From the NCBI GenBank assembly GCA_965112155.1, contig OZ218099.1: a stretch of 64,000 nucleotides of DNA. The stretch is one strand, 5' to 3'. The position numbers and the translations under genes were made by a program. This document shows, piece after piece, positions 41,681 through 53,220 of the stretch. Source of the stretch: Podarcis liolepis. Taxonomy: Eukaryota. Numbering within the stretch: the stretch's first letter is position 1; each line of letters opens with the position of its first letter. A model generated the notes under the pieces. That model saw only the letters and a list, made by a program, of their open reading frames with translations, was not told the origin of the DNA and searched no databases.

Positions 41681-42644
41681 GCTATTAATTCTCAAAGCTA
41701 GCTGTGACCAGCTGGAGCTGTTTTTAATTTTCTGCTGCTAAACATCCAAGAATAGCTAAAGGGTGACACTGTTTGGTGAAGAGGGAGACCTGCACTTACC
41801 GCCATCCGTCACATCATCTCCCATTTTGAATCTGCTGCCCTTCTGTTTTGATATTAGCAATTATTGAGCACCTACAGTGCCTATAAAAGCATGTGCAAAG
41901 TCTTGGGATGAAGAGCCCCGTATCATCACCTAGCCATTTATTATACAGTACATGTGCTAGATAGTGTTTTCATGTGGAAATTGCCATTGATGGGTCAGTC
42001 ATCTTTGCTGAGTAGGGGTTTCACAATTCCCTCAATGCGATGGAGTTGCTGGGAATTACATGACATCGTTCTCAAAATTCTGCACATGCAGAGGGAATAT
42101 TGTGTTGAATATTGTGCTTCCGAGGTCAAAGAAACCATTAGATGCTGTTGACATGGCCCTCAAGTAGATTGTAATTGATCAGCAAGCACAGATGTTGTCA
42201 TGACTAGCCCTGAAGTTTAGTAAACATCGTTTATTATAAGTAGGAACCAGTTGTTCTAGGAGACCTTACATTTAAGAAAATGGTACTTAAAATGCACACA
42301 TGTACTGAAATACATGGAAATGGTAAATTACAGTTTCTTCCATTACATATTACATGGTGTAGAAGACACAGATTCACATATTGTGCTATTTTACAACTTC
42401 GGCTCCAGATACCTACAGTTTCCCTCTGTTTTTGAGCTCCAATCCTCTTCCTGGAGCTTGAGGAAACCAAGTGAGATAATACAGAGACTGTCAATCAAGT
42501 GTCGTCTCCCCTCCCCCCTCTCACATACACACACGTGAGCAAAACCATTTGTTGTTGGGCTGGCTAGCTGTTGTATGATCTGTCAGAGGTCACCAGCTCT
42601 GATCCATGCTCTGGGCGATGCTGGATTTTGGCCCTTGTGGAAAG

Positions 42645-42785
42645 ATACCATAACTGCCAAGGTAGGAAAGGTGGTCAACGTTTTCCAACATTACACCATT
42701 AAGTTGGATTTGTGGCGCTGCAGAGGGGTTGTGGGGTGCTTGTTGGTGCAGCACTTTGGTTTTTTGGATATTGAGCGATGGGCCC
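42645..42785 (-). mobile_element. RTE-clade LINE reverse-transcriptase fragment
   Basis: Minus translation SLNIQKTKVLHQQAP...PQIQLNGVMLENVDHLSYLGS is typical of the RTE RT C-terminal region. Confidence 0.8.
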
Positions 42786-44469
42786 ATGAGTGTGTGGTGA
42801 GGCACCTGTGCACATGCTTACAGGCACAAGAATTGGCCCATGCTATGCCACCACCATGCAGGAAAATGTGGCATTTCCAGGTGACAAATTCCAGAAGGTG
42901 TTTTCTGTAACCAATAAAAAGTCGTCTTGTAACGTAAGGCTAACAAGTGGTGTAAGTTTCTATGGGCTAAATAAAGCCCATTAAATGTGTGGTCTCTTAA
43001 ACTGATATGTACATATAGAGAGGTGGAGGGAGGTTTATGTCTGGGGCAACAGGAACAGATGGCAGCAGATGTATCCTATTTCTGTGCAGAGAGAAAATGA
43101 AAACAAGATCCAATCAGGGTGGAAGTCTTTCCAACTGATACGCTGAAAGCCAGTATACGGGTAGAATCCAGTACATGAGAGCAAGTCAGATATTAAACTA
43201 TCTTGTCATATAGCTTGATACAACAGCAAGTCATTATGGGCTGGCTTAAAGCTCTGGCTGTTGTGGGATAGTCAGGGGAGGAGACTAAATATCCTGGCAA
43301 ATATCCTGGTTAGAGCTAGAGCAATGCTGTGATGTGTTGAACACAACTCAGTGATCATTCTGTTTGCTGCATGCGTAGACTTCTCTGAATTTTGACTATT
43401 TTATACTGTTCCCTTGCCCAGAGCAAAATATGCATGATGCACCTACCGGCAGAAACTGGCTTTAGGTCACACAAGTCTAATTCTTTCCTGATGCATAAGT
43501 AGTCAATGTATATTCCTGGAGCCTAAAATCTGGTGTTTAAAAGGAGGTGTATGGCCACCAGTTTTAGACAGTAATTTTTTAAAGGTAGCCAGATGTTCTG
43601 ATGCGATATGTACTAGAAATAAAAAGCAACACAATTCTCCAGTAGTCTAACTATTAACTCCATCTATAGACTAAGTAGAACAAAACATTAAATACGTTTT
43701 TCCGGGGGTGGGTGGGGGCCTTAACTGAGGAACAGAGGAATATTATACATCATTTAGTAGGCCCAAGTTTATGGGTGGGCTGAGAGCAACAGCTTAAAAA
43801 ATGAAGCAGGGAGTATCTCTTTCCATAATAGTATTAGAATTCCAGACCTGATGGAAGGGAATAATTAAGTTGATTTTAATATTCTATTGCTAATCAGGCT
43901 GCTATTAAAAACAAGGTGTGCAGAACACTCAGGCTATTTGTAGTATTTCTCTAGCAGCACCTTTCTCCTTGCTGCCCCCCCCAAAAAAACCCCAGTTCCC
44001 CCCAAACGGAATCTTAAGCACCTGATTTAATTACCAGGGCTTTGTGAGAGCAGCTGGTGGAGGATCTCACTGGGGAAAATAACCTGGGCACACCTGCATC
44101 CATTTTCAAATCAGCTGGTAGAGGTGGCTTCTCTTTACCTCTGAAATTAAAGCATAGTTTGGTGGCTTGCTGAATATGAGATGCACCATTAACAAACAAA
44201 CAAAAGGTAAGGGCTTGCACTCCATAACCCTGTTGGCATTCTTTGTGGAAACTTGTAGCGCCCTGCTCAATGACACAATGGTAGACTCTGAAGTTCAGGC
44301 ACCCTTTGTGACTAGTCCTATAACTACACTCCCTGGACTCAAAGGCTTGCTCCCTATTTTGTGGCATTTTGGGTGGTAATAATAGATTTTGGAATTGCTC
44401 AAAATTGAAGAGGCAGTTAAACCCGTAGCCATGCATGCTAAGTTGACTTGCCTCTTCCTTTGCTTAGCA

Positions 44470-44725
44470 CAGGGGTAGGCAAATAAGGCCCGGGGGCTGG
44501 ATGCGGCCCTATCGCCTTCTCAATCCGGCCTGCGGACAGTACGGAATCAGCGTGCTTTTACATGAGTAGAAGGTATTCTTTTATTTAAAATGTATCTCTG
44601 GGTTATTTGTGGGGCATAGGAATTCGTTCATTCCCCCCCCCCAAAAAAAAAATTTTAGTCCAGCCCACCACATGGTCTGAGGGACGGTGGACAAGCCCAT
44701 GGCTGAAAAAGATTGCTGACCCCTG
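44470..44725. mobile_element. hAT-Charlie-like MITE
   Basis: TIRs CAGGGGTAGGCAAA / TTGCTGACCCCTG; TSD GCTTAGCA/GCTTAGCG; same family as 10218-10476. Confidence 0.85.
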
Positions 44726-45273
44726 GCTTAGCGTATGGGGTGGTTTCTCTCTGGTGAAAGCTTCTTTATTGGGCGTCGTGCGGAGGGATGGGTAAATAGC
44801 ACCAAGGAAATACCATTGTTCCTGCTGTGAAGGAAGTCGCAGCATTTCATTCCTGCTCCACTACACCACTGATAGCAGTCCAAGTTTCATCCACAGTGTA
44901 ATAATAACAAAGAGTGACTTCAGACATCACAGGAGATGCAAATTAATTTTTTTCCTGGTGTGAGCACTCTTCATCCTTTTGTATAAAGTTGCCTTTTTAA
45001 ATGCCTTGAGCCATGAGCTAACTGCTATTGGAAATAAGATGTAAAAGTGCTTTCTAACTGTGCATCCCAGTTTATGGCATTGTTAATAAGAATGCAGGAA
45101 TAAGAGTCTTGATTCCTGCCTTGCAGGGGGTTGCAGTCAGTGAGCCTCAGGGTTGCTTCTAACTCTACAATTCTATCCTTCTATTAGACCAGTTCTGCCC
45201 CCTTCAGTGTTAGCCTTTACTGAATTACATATTTAATTGCTGCGGCCATATAATGTGCATTTCTTCAATGTGT

Positions 45274-45287
45274 CCACTAGAGGGCAC
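45274..45287 (+). promoter_or_regulatory. CTCF motif
   Basis: CCACTAGAGGGCAC, close to the CTCF core consensus. Confidence 0.65.
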
Positions 45288-45936
45288 CACATTAAAACAT
45301 TGGGCTCGACTTAAAGTTTTAAGAGATGTTCCTGTCGTAATCTGATTTATACTTATGGTAAACGTCATCAATAAATGGTGTGTTTTAAGGGTTTGTTGTT
45401 TTTTAATCTTTTGAGGAATTTGTTGAGATAGGGCAGTTTGATGTGAAGGTATGAGCAGGGACTAGCAAAAGGACTGACCAGTTGTTCTGCTGCAGGAATG
45501 TTAAATGTCCTAGCACTTTAACTATGACATCACCCCATTCCCTCAGAGGCCAGCATTATGAAGTCAGCAGCAAGGGCATTGCAACTTTCCAGTTTAAAGA
45601 TTCTTGAAAGATTCCCAGTGGTGGTGTGAACTGAGCCACACAGAGCTGTTATTTAAGCACAGTGGACACCCAAAAGGAAAAAGGGGGAAATAAAGGTGAG
45701 GGGAAATAGAAATGAGGATTATTCAAAAGGACTTGGTGAAGAAAAGAATTCAAGCAAGCCCACTGAGACCTAAGCAAGTTTAAGCTTTACTTTGTTGTTA
45801 ACTTGGTTACACAGAGAAAGAAACACCAACAACCCTATACAGGAGTTTGTGTGTGTAAAAAAAAACAGCAGATGGCAGAAATGACTAGGTTTGTCTGCCT
45901 AAGAATCTGGAATGTGTATTCTGAAATTAGAATTTA

Positions 45937-46527
45937 CCGTATTTTCCGCTCCATAAGGCGCACCACTTTGGGGGGGGGGGGATTCAAGAAAAAAAATATT
46001 ATTTAAAGGGAGCGCTGAGCAGAGCCTGTATGCATCCCAGGCTTTGCTCAGCGCTCCCTTTCATGAACCACGCAGTGTGTGTGTGTGACGGGCTGCCCTT
46101 CTCCCTCCTCGGGGAGAAGCCCCCAAAAGCCACACACACACTCCACGCAGCTCTTAAAAGGGAGCGCGACTCTTGGGGGCTTTTGCAGGAGGTGGGGGAA
46201 GTGAGAGAGCCGCGCTCTGCCCCTTCCCCCACCTTCCGCAAAAACCAGGGATAGCCGCACGAAGCCTCCTCAGGGCTTGTGGGGCTGGCGGTGGGGGGAG
46301 CCCGGCTTTCCCCCAGCCCCAAAAAGCAGGTCGGGGAGCAGCGGAAAGGCTCCCAGAGTTTGTCGGGGCTGGAGGGGGAAGCCCGGGTCCCCCCCCCGCC
46401 CTAGGGACCACACATTCGCTCCCTAAGACCTGGGGACAGTCCCCAGATTTACAAATCAGTCCCCATACAAAATCCATTGAATTTGAAAAGTGTCCCCGGA
46501 TTCATTGAAAAAAATCTGGTAGCCTTA
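45937..46527. mobile_element. Composite GC-rich DNA-transposon remnant (mariner-type left end, different right end)
   Basis: TA+CCGTATTTTCCGCTCCATAAGGCGCAC start like the 25719 family; internal inverted repeats; ends AAAAAATCTGGTAGCCTTA. Confidence 0.6.
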
Positions 46528-48388
46528 TGGTAACATCTTGCGAAACTATTATCAATACAATAATAGGCAAGTAAAGTGGATTGTTTATTTATTTGTTTAT
46601 CTCTCACCTTATTTTCCAGGGCAGCAAACAAAGCTGAAAACACAATATTTAAAAGCAACATATTTTACCTACTTTTGCTAACAGTCATAAGACGCCCAAG
46701 ATTACTATATAAAAATAGCAACAGCAGCCAAAATGGAGCAGCATTGAGCAAGCCATAAAACAAAAGATTATACCCAAAACCTTTTTGAAAGATGGTTTTG
46801 CCCCCTCCCCTGCCCATACAACACTACATTAGTATTAAGCAATTTTCATGCAAAACAAAAAACGAATGCACATGAATTTTGACAGGCAGTGGGAACATCC
46901 TAATTCCTGTACCATATACCCTGGAATCTAGGTGCTTGTTCACATAAATACTGGATGCATATGATGGTACTGATACACACGGATGCTTTCCATCCCTGTT
47001 GGAAGACAGTCCTTCTAACAAATAAAATCTCATCCAGATTAATCAGCACTGTGAGGCATTCTGATACTTAAGTGCTTTCCCATTGATCTTTGGCTTTATC
47101 TTGGCCTCACGCCAGTTTTCTTGTAAGTGGTGCACTGGAGTGGCTTTGTGATGGAGGACAGAGATATGCAAGGGGAATTTATTTTAACAAGCTGCTGCGA
47201 GGATAAACATTATTAATCTCAATTAATATTAAAACAAACCAAGGGACTGCTGACTACATGTTGGTCACCAAAAGAAGGCTAAAGGCATGTGTGAGTGAGT
47301 TTGTGTGGTATTAAACTAGAGAGAGAGAGAGGTAGATTGATCTTACGCTTTTGTTCTTAACGCTTATTCCCTACTGGAATAAGCTGCCTAAGGGTGTTGT
47401 GGATTCTCCAAAAGCTGTTGCAAAACTGGTCAGGTTTCATAGAAACAAATGTTAAAAACAGTGATTTCTTCATAATGGCAGAAGCGCGACTAAATACCCA
47501 GTGTCTATAATCAGTTATTTTACACTTCAGAAGCTTTTACCTAGGTGCAATTAACATGTTCGTTTAATTAATTAATGAATACCCTGTGTTGAAAGGATAT
47601 AGTTATGGATGAGTGTGCAGGTGGTATGAAAGTTGGGAAAACTAATTGAAAATACATTGAACAAAATGGTGCATATTTTGTTTCATAAGAACAAAGTACT
47701 GCATACGGTTAACACCCTTAATTCTTAACTAAGCTGGTGAGAATGAAAGTCCAAATGTATGTCTTCCAGGTTTTAGTGAAACTATATTTTCCCTTTGTTA
47801 GGTCTCCCATATCCTGCAGAAAGAGTTGTGTAGGACACAGGAATTTATGGTACAGTACAGCGTTATTGGCTGATAGAGTTGCCAAGGTCTCATCTGGAGA
47901 TGACGACGACTGTAAAATAGGTTCTCTTCCTTTTTGCTTCATTTATGCTGCAATCTTATGCACACTTACTAAGAAGTAAATTTCATTGAAATCCATGGGA
48001 TTTACCTCTGAGTAAACATGCTCAGGGGGTCTGCTGTTAAATTCCCTTGTATTTGCATCGGAATAAAGTACTGATTGCAGTGTTGCTTTTGGCCAGGGTG
48101 AGGACTCTGGGCTTCCAGATATTGCTGGACTAAATTTCCATAATCCCCGGTACAATAGCCCATGCAGACTGGAGCTGATGGGAGCTGTGGCCCAAAAACC
48201 TGTGGAGGGGCACCAGGTTCCCTATCCCCAGCTGAGACCATTTCAGAAAGTACAAGGTACTCTGATTGGCTTCTCTCACCTCTCCAAATCTCAAGAGTAG
48301 GCCATCTGTCTCCTATTCAGCCATCAGGTAGACCACACAAAAACTGAGGCCTAGTTTTTTTGTAAATCCTCAGAGCCCCACCTTGATA

Positions 48389-48389
<1 letters not shown>

Positions 48390-48431
<42 letters not shown>

Positions 48432-48435
48432 CGCG
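48390..48435. repeat. (GT)n(GC)n compound microsatellite
   Basis: Direct reading. Confidence 0.95.
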
Positions 48436-49962
48436 AATGAACGCACTCTCTCCTTGGACCAATTAAATTTAGAGGTGCCATTAATTACATCCTATGTCTG
48501 AGCTGGGAAAACTACATTTCTCCCTAATACCAAACTTGCTAGCACTGAAATTTGAAATTCCAGGATGGATAGCAGTTCTACTTGAAATAGGGAGTCTGTC
48601 CAGTTTTCTCCAGTTGTTGTGTAGGCGACAGGCAGGGTTAAACACATAACGGTCCTTAGGGCTGTCTGCCAGAATTTAAAGCTGTCCTTTTAAAACTGAA
48701 GCTGGTACAAATGTTACAGTTCAAGGACAATTCAAGTCAAGTTTATTGCATTGCTCATACATTGTAAAATCATCTAGGGCATTAAGAGACGATGCAACCA
48801 TTGTGCCTCATACTACACCACACCACAAGGCTCTTTTCCCACCCTTCTTTCCAACCTGTTACAATGCAGATGTGCAGTGGCCTTTGCATGGTCCCCCAAA
48901 CAATGCAATTGCTGCTTCCTCCATTTTTGTCCATGTGTTATTGGAGGTTTATAACATGCCATACAAGTGGTACCAGACCATTGGTAGGAATGTAATTTGC
49001 AAATGCTCTTTAAAAAACCACTTGGATCACAAGTCCTTCCAATGGCCCCAACTGGTACAAAAACAACTTATAGAGGTAGTAGCAATTACACTACTCGGTG
49101 CCAATGGATGCTAACAGAACTAAGTCCTCAACTACAGAGGTTATAGAGATATGCCTTGCTATATATTAAATTATACTGTTTTGCGCTGAGTGCTGTTGCT
49201 GCTGAAGAAAGGGGGATGTGTTTCAGTTGCTGCCAAGGACACAGATGAGATGTTTATAAGAGAATCCAATTAATCTGAAAGTCAGTGATGTGCCAGTACT
49301 AAATCTGAATTCACTTTAAAATGTAACTAAGCATTCCCACAGCTCTCCTCCCTACAGGGGTGTGTCTGCGACCTTCACTGGACAGCTTTCAGGGAATGCT
49401 AAAGATGCACTTCTTTACCCCAGCCTTTTGACACCTGAGGTGCATTTTTTTCAGGACCTACCCTATTTGGTTTCAGCTGTGCTTAACACTGAATTTTTAA
49501 AGTCATTGGCCCACAGACCTTTTAATGGAAACAGACTGTTCAGACAGAGGTCCTGGAATATTCCGGGGGCGGCCAGTCACCCCTCCATGGCCCTGTATAT
49601 TACTTCATTTGGCCTGTGGTGTAGCAGCACGTCCCTAGTGAGTTTACAACTTGCATGAAAGATACAAACAGCTGCCTCATACACTACGTGGAGCTGAGTG
49701 AACACTGTTAATCTATAATATATGAAAGAACCATGTAGATACAGATTCCTATTATTTGTTGCAGGCTTCAAGGGGTGGGGACTAGGGGCATTTTTAGTTG
49801 CCATCCTGTGTGTCACAGGCAAGTCCCTCAGTGGAGGGTACAGGTAACCTGAAATTTATGTAGGGATTACGTTCCAGGGACAGTGCATAAAGCCAAAACT
49901 GCGTGTAGTCAAAACAATCCTCTGAAAAACAGAAAACGCCACACAAAAACTGGAGCATGATG

Positions 49963-50220
49963 ACTGTGTGGTATAGTGGTTAAGAGCGGTGGACTCGTAA
50001 TCTGGGGAACCAGGTTTGTGTCTCCGCTCTTCCACATGCAGCTGCTGGGTGACCTTGGGCCAGTCACACTTCTCTGAAGTCTCTCAGCCTCACTCACCTC
50101 ACAGAGTGTTTGTTGTGGGGGAGGAAGGGAAAGGAGAATGTTAGCCGCTTTGAGACTCCTTCGGGTAGTGATAAAGTGGGATATCAAATCCAAACTCCTC
50201 CTCCTCCTCTTCTCCCTCTT
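49963..50220 (+). mobile_element. Squam3-type tRNA-derived SINE
   Basis: A/B-box head TGTGGTATAGTGGTTAAGAGCGGTGGACTCGTAATCTGGGGAACC and CCAAACTCCTCCTC/TCTTC tail. Confidence 0.85.
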
Positions 50221-50221
50221 C

Positions 50222-50362
50222 TGTGTTGCTTAGTTTAGAGAAGCTTTTGATGTTTAATAGACTATTGTATTCTAATATTTTGTTGGAAGCCACCCAGAGT
50301 GGCTGGGGAAACCCAGCCAGATGGGCAGGGTATAAATAATAAATTGTTGTTGTTGTTGTTGT
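50222..50362 (+). mobile_element. 5'-truncated L2-type LINE 3' end
   Basis: GGAAGCCACCCAGAGTGGCTGGGGAAACCCAGCCAGATGGG hairpin followed by TATAAATAATAAA and a (TTG)n tail. Confidence 0.7.
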
Positions 50363-50513
50363 CATCTTCTTCCAAGCATGGTATTGCTCCAGGAGATGAT
50401 CGGACAGGCTTTGGAAACCGATAGAGATTTGCAGATGACATGGTTAGCCTTGGTTAAGCTTCAGAAGTTGATTGTGTGAACTGATTTGCTGCTGGTTGTT
50501 TTTGTTCTGAGAA

Positions 50514-50860
50514 CATAGCCGCCGACTCCATGGGGCTTGAGGGGGCCCGAGCCCCCTCAAAAATTCGTTTGGGGGGGCTCCGCCCCCCCAATAATCTCTG
50601 GTGCCCCTCCAGCAGAGCACCATCGCCGCCCCTCCCCCAGCCCAAAATGCACAGGGAGGGTCGGGCTGCATGCCTCCTGCCCTCCCTCCCGAGCAAAAGC
50701 TCCACCCAATTTCCTTTGGAGCTGATTAATAGGCGCAGCACGCTCTCCCCTATTCGCTCAGGAGGCGGCGGCGCCACTTTATTTGCATATTCATGAGCTT
50801 ATTTATTATTCATGAGCTTTCCCGGGCCCCCCCAATATTTTTTATAAGTCCGCGTCCCTG
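50514..50860. mobile_element. hAT-type MITE inserted in the Tigger fossil
   Basis: 8-bp TSD TCTGAGAA (50506-50513, 50861-50868); imperfect TIRs CATAGCCGCCGACT / AGTCCGCGTCCCTG. Confidence 0.8.
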
Positions 50861-51578
50861 TCTGAGAAACATGGTGATTGGCAACTGCCACTGTTGTTTC
50901 ACAGCTGGAGCATTTCTGGATAAGGTCTCAAAGTGTCTGTAAAGCCGCGTGTGATTTTGAGGCTGTGTTCAACAGAAGGATGAAAGTCAGCAATCAATCC
51001 AATCATGTGTTTTCATGTGCTTGGGAGAGCAAACTGATGCAGATTCCAACTTGCTGGCATATTCTGTCCATCATCCTCATCTTTGTCTTCTGTACATGAT
51101 CTTAGCTGCTCTTCTTTGTCTGCAAGTGCAGCAGCATCAGTTGTGTGCACATTTTCCAGGTCAAAGTGGATCTTAAAGCTTTGAAGCCAACTGGGGCTGG
51201 CTTTGAACGCCTTCCCAGGCTACCCATCCTCAGCAAAAGGCTGGGAGAGTACCTAGAGGCTGAGCGCCTTCTGTCACAAAGTGAAGCCATCAATAGGTAT
51301 GCATTTACAGTTCATATCTTCAAGTAGGAAGTTTATCGCCTTCTCAGTCTTCACCAAAATCTTGTCTTCAGTTATTTGAGCACTTGTTGCCACAGCCTCA
51401 CAGATTTCCCCCCCCCCCAACTTTGATGGCATAGCTGCTAGATTCACTGTGGCCAAAATTGCCGGTCAAGGTGCAGACAGACAGGCCACCTCTCAAGCAG
51501 TTTAGCACAACCAAGACTCAGCTAGACTGGTAAAGAAAAAGCGATTTATATGCGTTTTGTTTGCGGTATAACATTGTG

Positions 51579-51592
51579 CCACTAGATGGCGA
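51579..51592 (+). promoter_or_regulatory. CTCF motif at the edge of the SH3PXD2B CpG island
   Basis: GCCACTAGATGGCGA. Confidence 0.6.
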
Positions 51593-53220
51593 CGCGGAGC
51601 TCCGTTTTTTCTCTACCTGTTTTCCCCCTTTAAATTTATGCCGCTTTAAACTGAAACGCTTCTTTTGATGCGTCTAGATCCAGCGTTGGAACCAGTCGTT
51701 GTCCTCTTGTATTGCACAGCAGCTGAGGGAGCTGGCTTATGTTTCGGGGCCATGCTTTTTAATCTCCCAAGGCCCCACGCACCCTCTCCCTACAGATCCC
51801 AACACGATCCCCTACGTGAGTGCACAACGGCGGGTGGGATTGCTGAATCCATCCCTCAAGACCCACCCGTGTAAAGCGTGTAAAGTTGAAGCCTGGGGGG
51901 GGGACAGGAGAGGGGGCGAAGTTTTGCAAGGGGATATTTACTCCATAGGAAAGACTGAGGGAGAGTTGTGGAAAAGCTCAAAGTGCTTTATGCGACGACG
52001 GCTCGAAAGACGACCTTCGGCCTCCCTCGGAAACCAATTGCGCCGCCTCCTGTCGCGACAAGGAGCGTTTCAAAGTGTGGCAATTCCAGATTCAGACGAG
52101 GATTAATTGGTGCCTTTTCCTCTTCTGAGAAAAAGGCGACCCCTGCGTTTGACCTCGGCTGCTTTCGAGCTCTCTTCCTTCACTTCACAAAGAGAGAGAG
52201 AGAGAGAAAGAGAGGCGGGCGAGTTGGGGGGTCAAATGGAGGTTAAAATGGTCCTTGGGATTGTGTGGAAAAGACTCGCTCCTCATATTAATCTAGTCCC
52301 TCTATTTCCCCCTTGCTGTTCTTGGTTATGGGTGACGTGAAAGAAAGGCAAGGATCGTGCGCGGGTTGGTTGTTGTGTTACTGGCAGTGGGCAGGAACGT
52401 GTGGATTTGCCGCCCAACTCCAACTTCCCACCGGTGTTCACAGCTGAAAAGTTGCGCCTTTGCTTCCACACACACACACACACACCCGCCCCCCCAAGCG
52501 CCCCCCCCCCCAATTCTCAGCAGCACAAGCGAAAGGCATGGCGCGGAGAGGCGCTTCTGCGTGTTTGGCCTGAAAGCGCTGGCGAGCCGCACGGTGGTCG
52601 TGGCCCTTTAAGAAGCCCGGGGAGCGGGGCTGGATCAGAGAGCGCCATAACCACACCGCCTGCGCCTGAGTGGGATAGGCTGCTTTGGCAGGGATGGGCT
52701 GGGAGGAGCCCTCCTGCATCTGCAAACTCTGGCCAGGGAAAGAGCGAAGGGGGTAGAGCTGGGGGGGAGGAGGAGGAGGAAGAGGAAGCAGAAGCAAGAA
52801 AGGGGAAAGGGGGCGGGGGGGACACGGGCAGGCGCTGAGGGTGCAGTGGGGCTCAGGCTCGTCTATCCCTTAGCAGCGCAATCTCTGCAACCGCTGCGTT
52901 TAAAAGTTTCTGCGCTTTGGGTCCAGGAGCGTTGGCTGCGCCGACCCTCCCGGAGGAGGGGTTTCTTTCGTCTTATCTTCCCCTCTACCCGTCTCCGAGA
53001 TTTACACTCCTTCCCTCCCCCCTCCCGCTTTATTTTGTTACTTGCTTCTGGGGTTCGGGTTGCAGAGGACCAGCGCTATGCCCCGGAAGAGTATCTTGGA
53101 GGTGAAGGTGCTGGACGTGCAGAAGCGGCGAATTCCCAACAAACACTATGTGAGTGAGCATGGCATGTGTGTTTGTGTGTAAGTGTAACCCGCGGTCGGG
53201 TGGGAAGAATTGCTGAGAGC
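51580..53220 (+). promoter_or_regulatory. CpG-island promoter region of SH3PXD2B
   Basis: High CpG density, GC boxes (GGGGCGGGG near 52809) and G-runs immediately upstream of coding exon 1. Confidence 0.8.
53078..53149 (+). CDS. SH3PXD2B: SH3PXD2B (Tks4) first coding exon, start of PX domain: [24 protein letters not shown]
   Basis: Matches recalled human [25 protein letters not shown], unlike paralog SH3PXD2A (MLAYCVQDATVVDVEKRRNPSKHY); strong phase-0 donor TAT|gtgagt; exon 2 not seen in the window. Confidence 0.93.

Larger units (their letters stand above)
38701..41700 (+). other. STK10: STK10 3'UTR (~3 kb)
   Basis: Repeat-poor sequence after the stop; AU-rich end with AATAAA at 41419 and 41675; Pumilio-type TGTACATA at 41517. 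Confidence 0.7.
49841..51460 (-). mobile_element. Internally deleted Tigger/pogo transposon fossil interrupted by younger elements
   Basis: TA+CAGGTAACC...GTTCCAGG Tigger-like end at 49841; minus-strand remnants KTEKAINFLLEDMNCKCIPIDGFTL*QKALSL...FKASPSWLQSFK (CENP-B HTH) and HPSVEHSLKITRGFTDTLRPY...QLPITMFL (Tigger C-terminus). Confidence 0.82.

Noticed and set aside
48746-49114. 122-aa + strand ORF in unique-looking intergenic DNA
   Set aside because: TTG start, no splice architecture and no recognisable homology in any frame; unexplained but unsupported.
41700-53000. FBXW11, EFCAB9 or UBTD2 exons expected from human synteny
   Set aside because: No matching peptide (e.g. FBXW11 MEPDSVIEDKTIELM) was recognised by eye on either strand.
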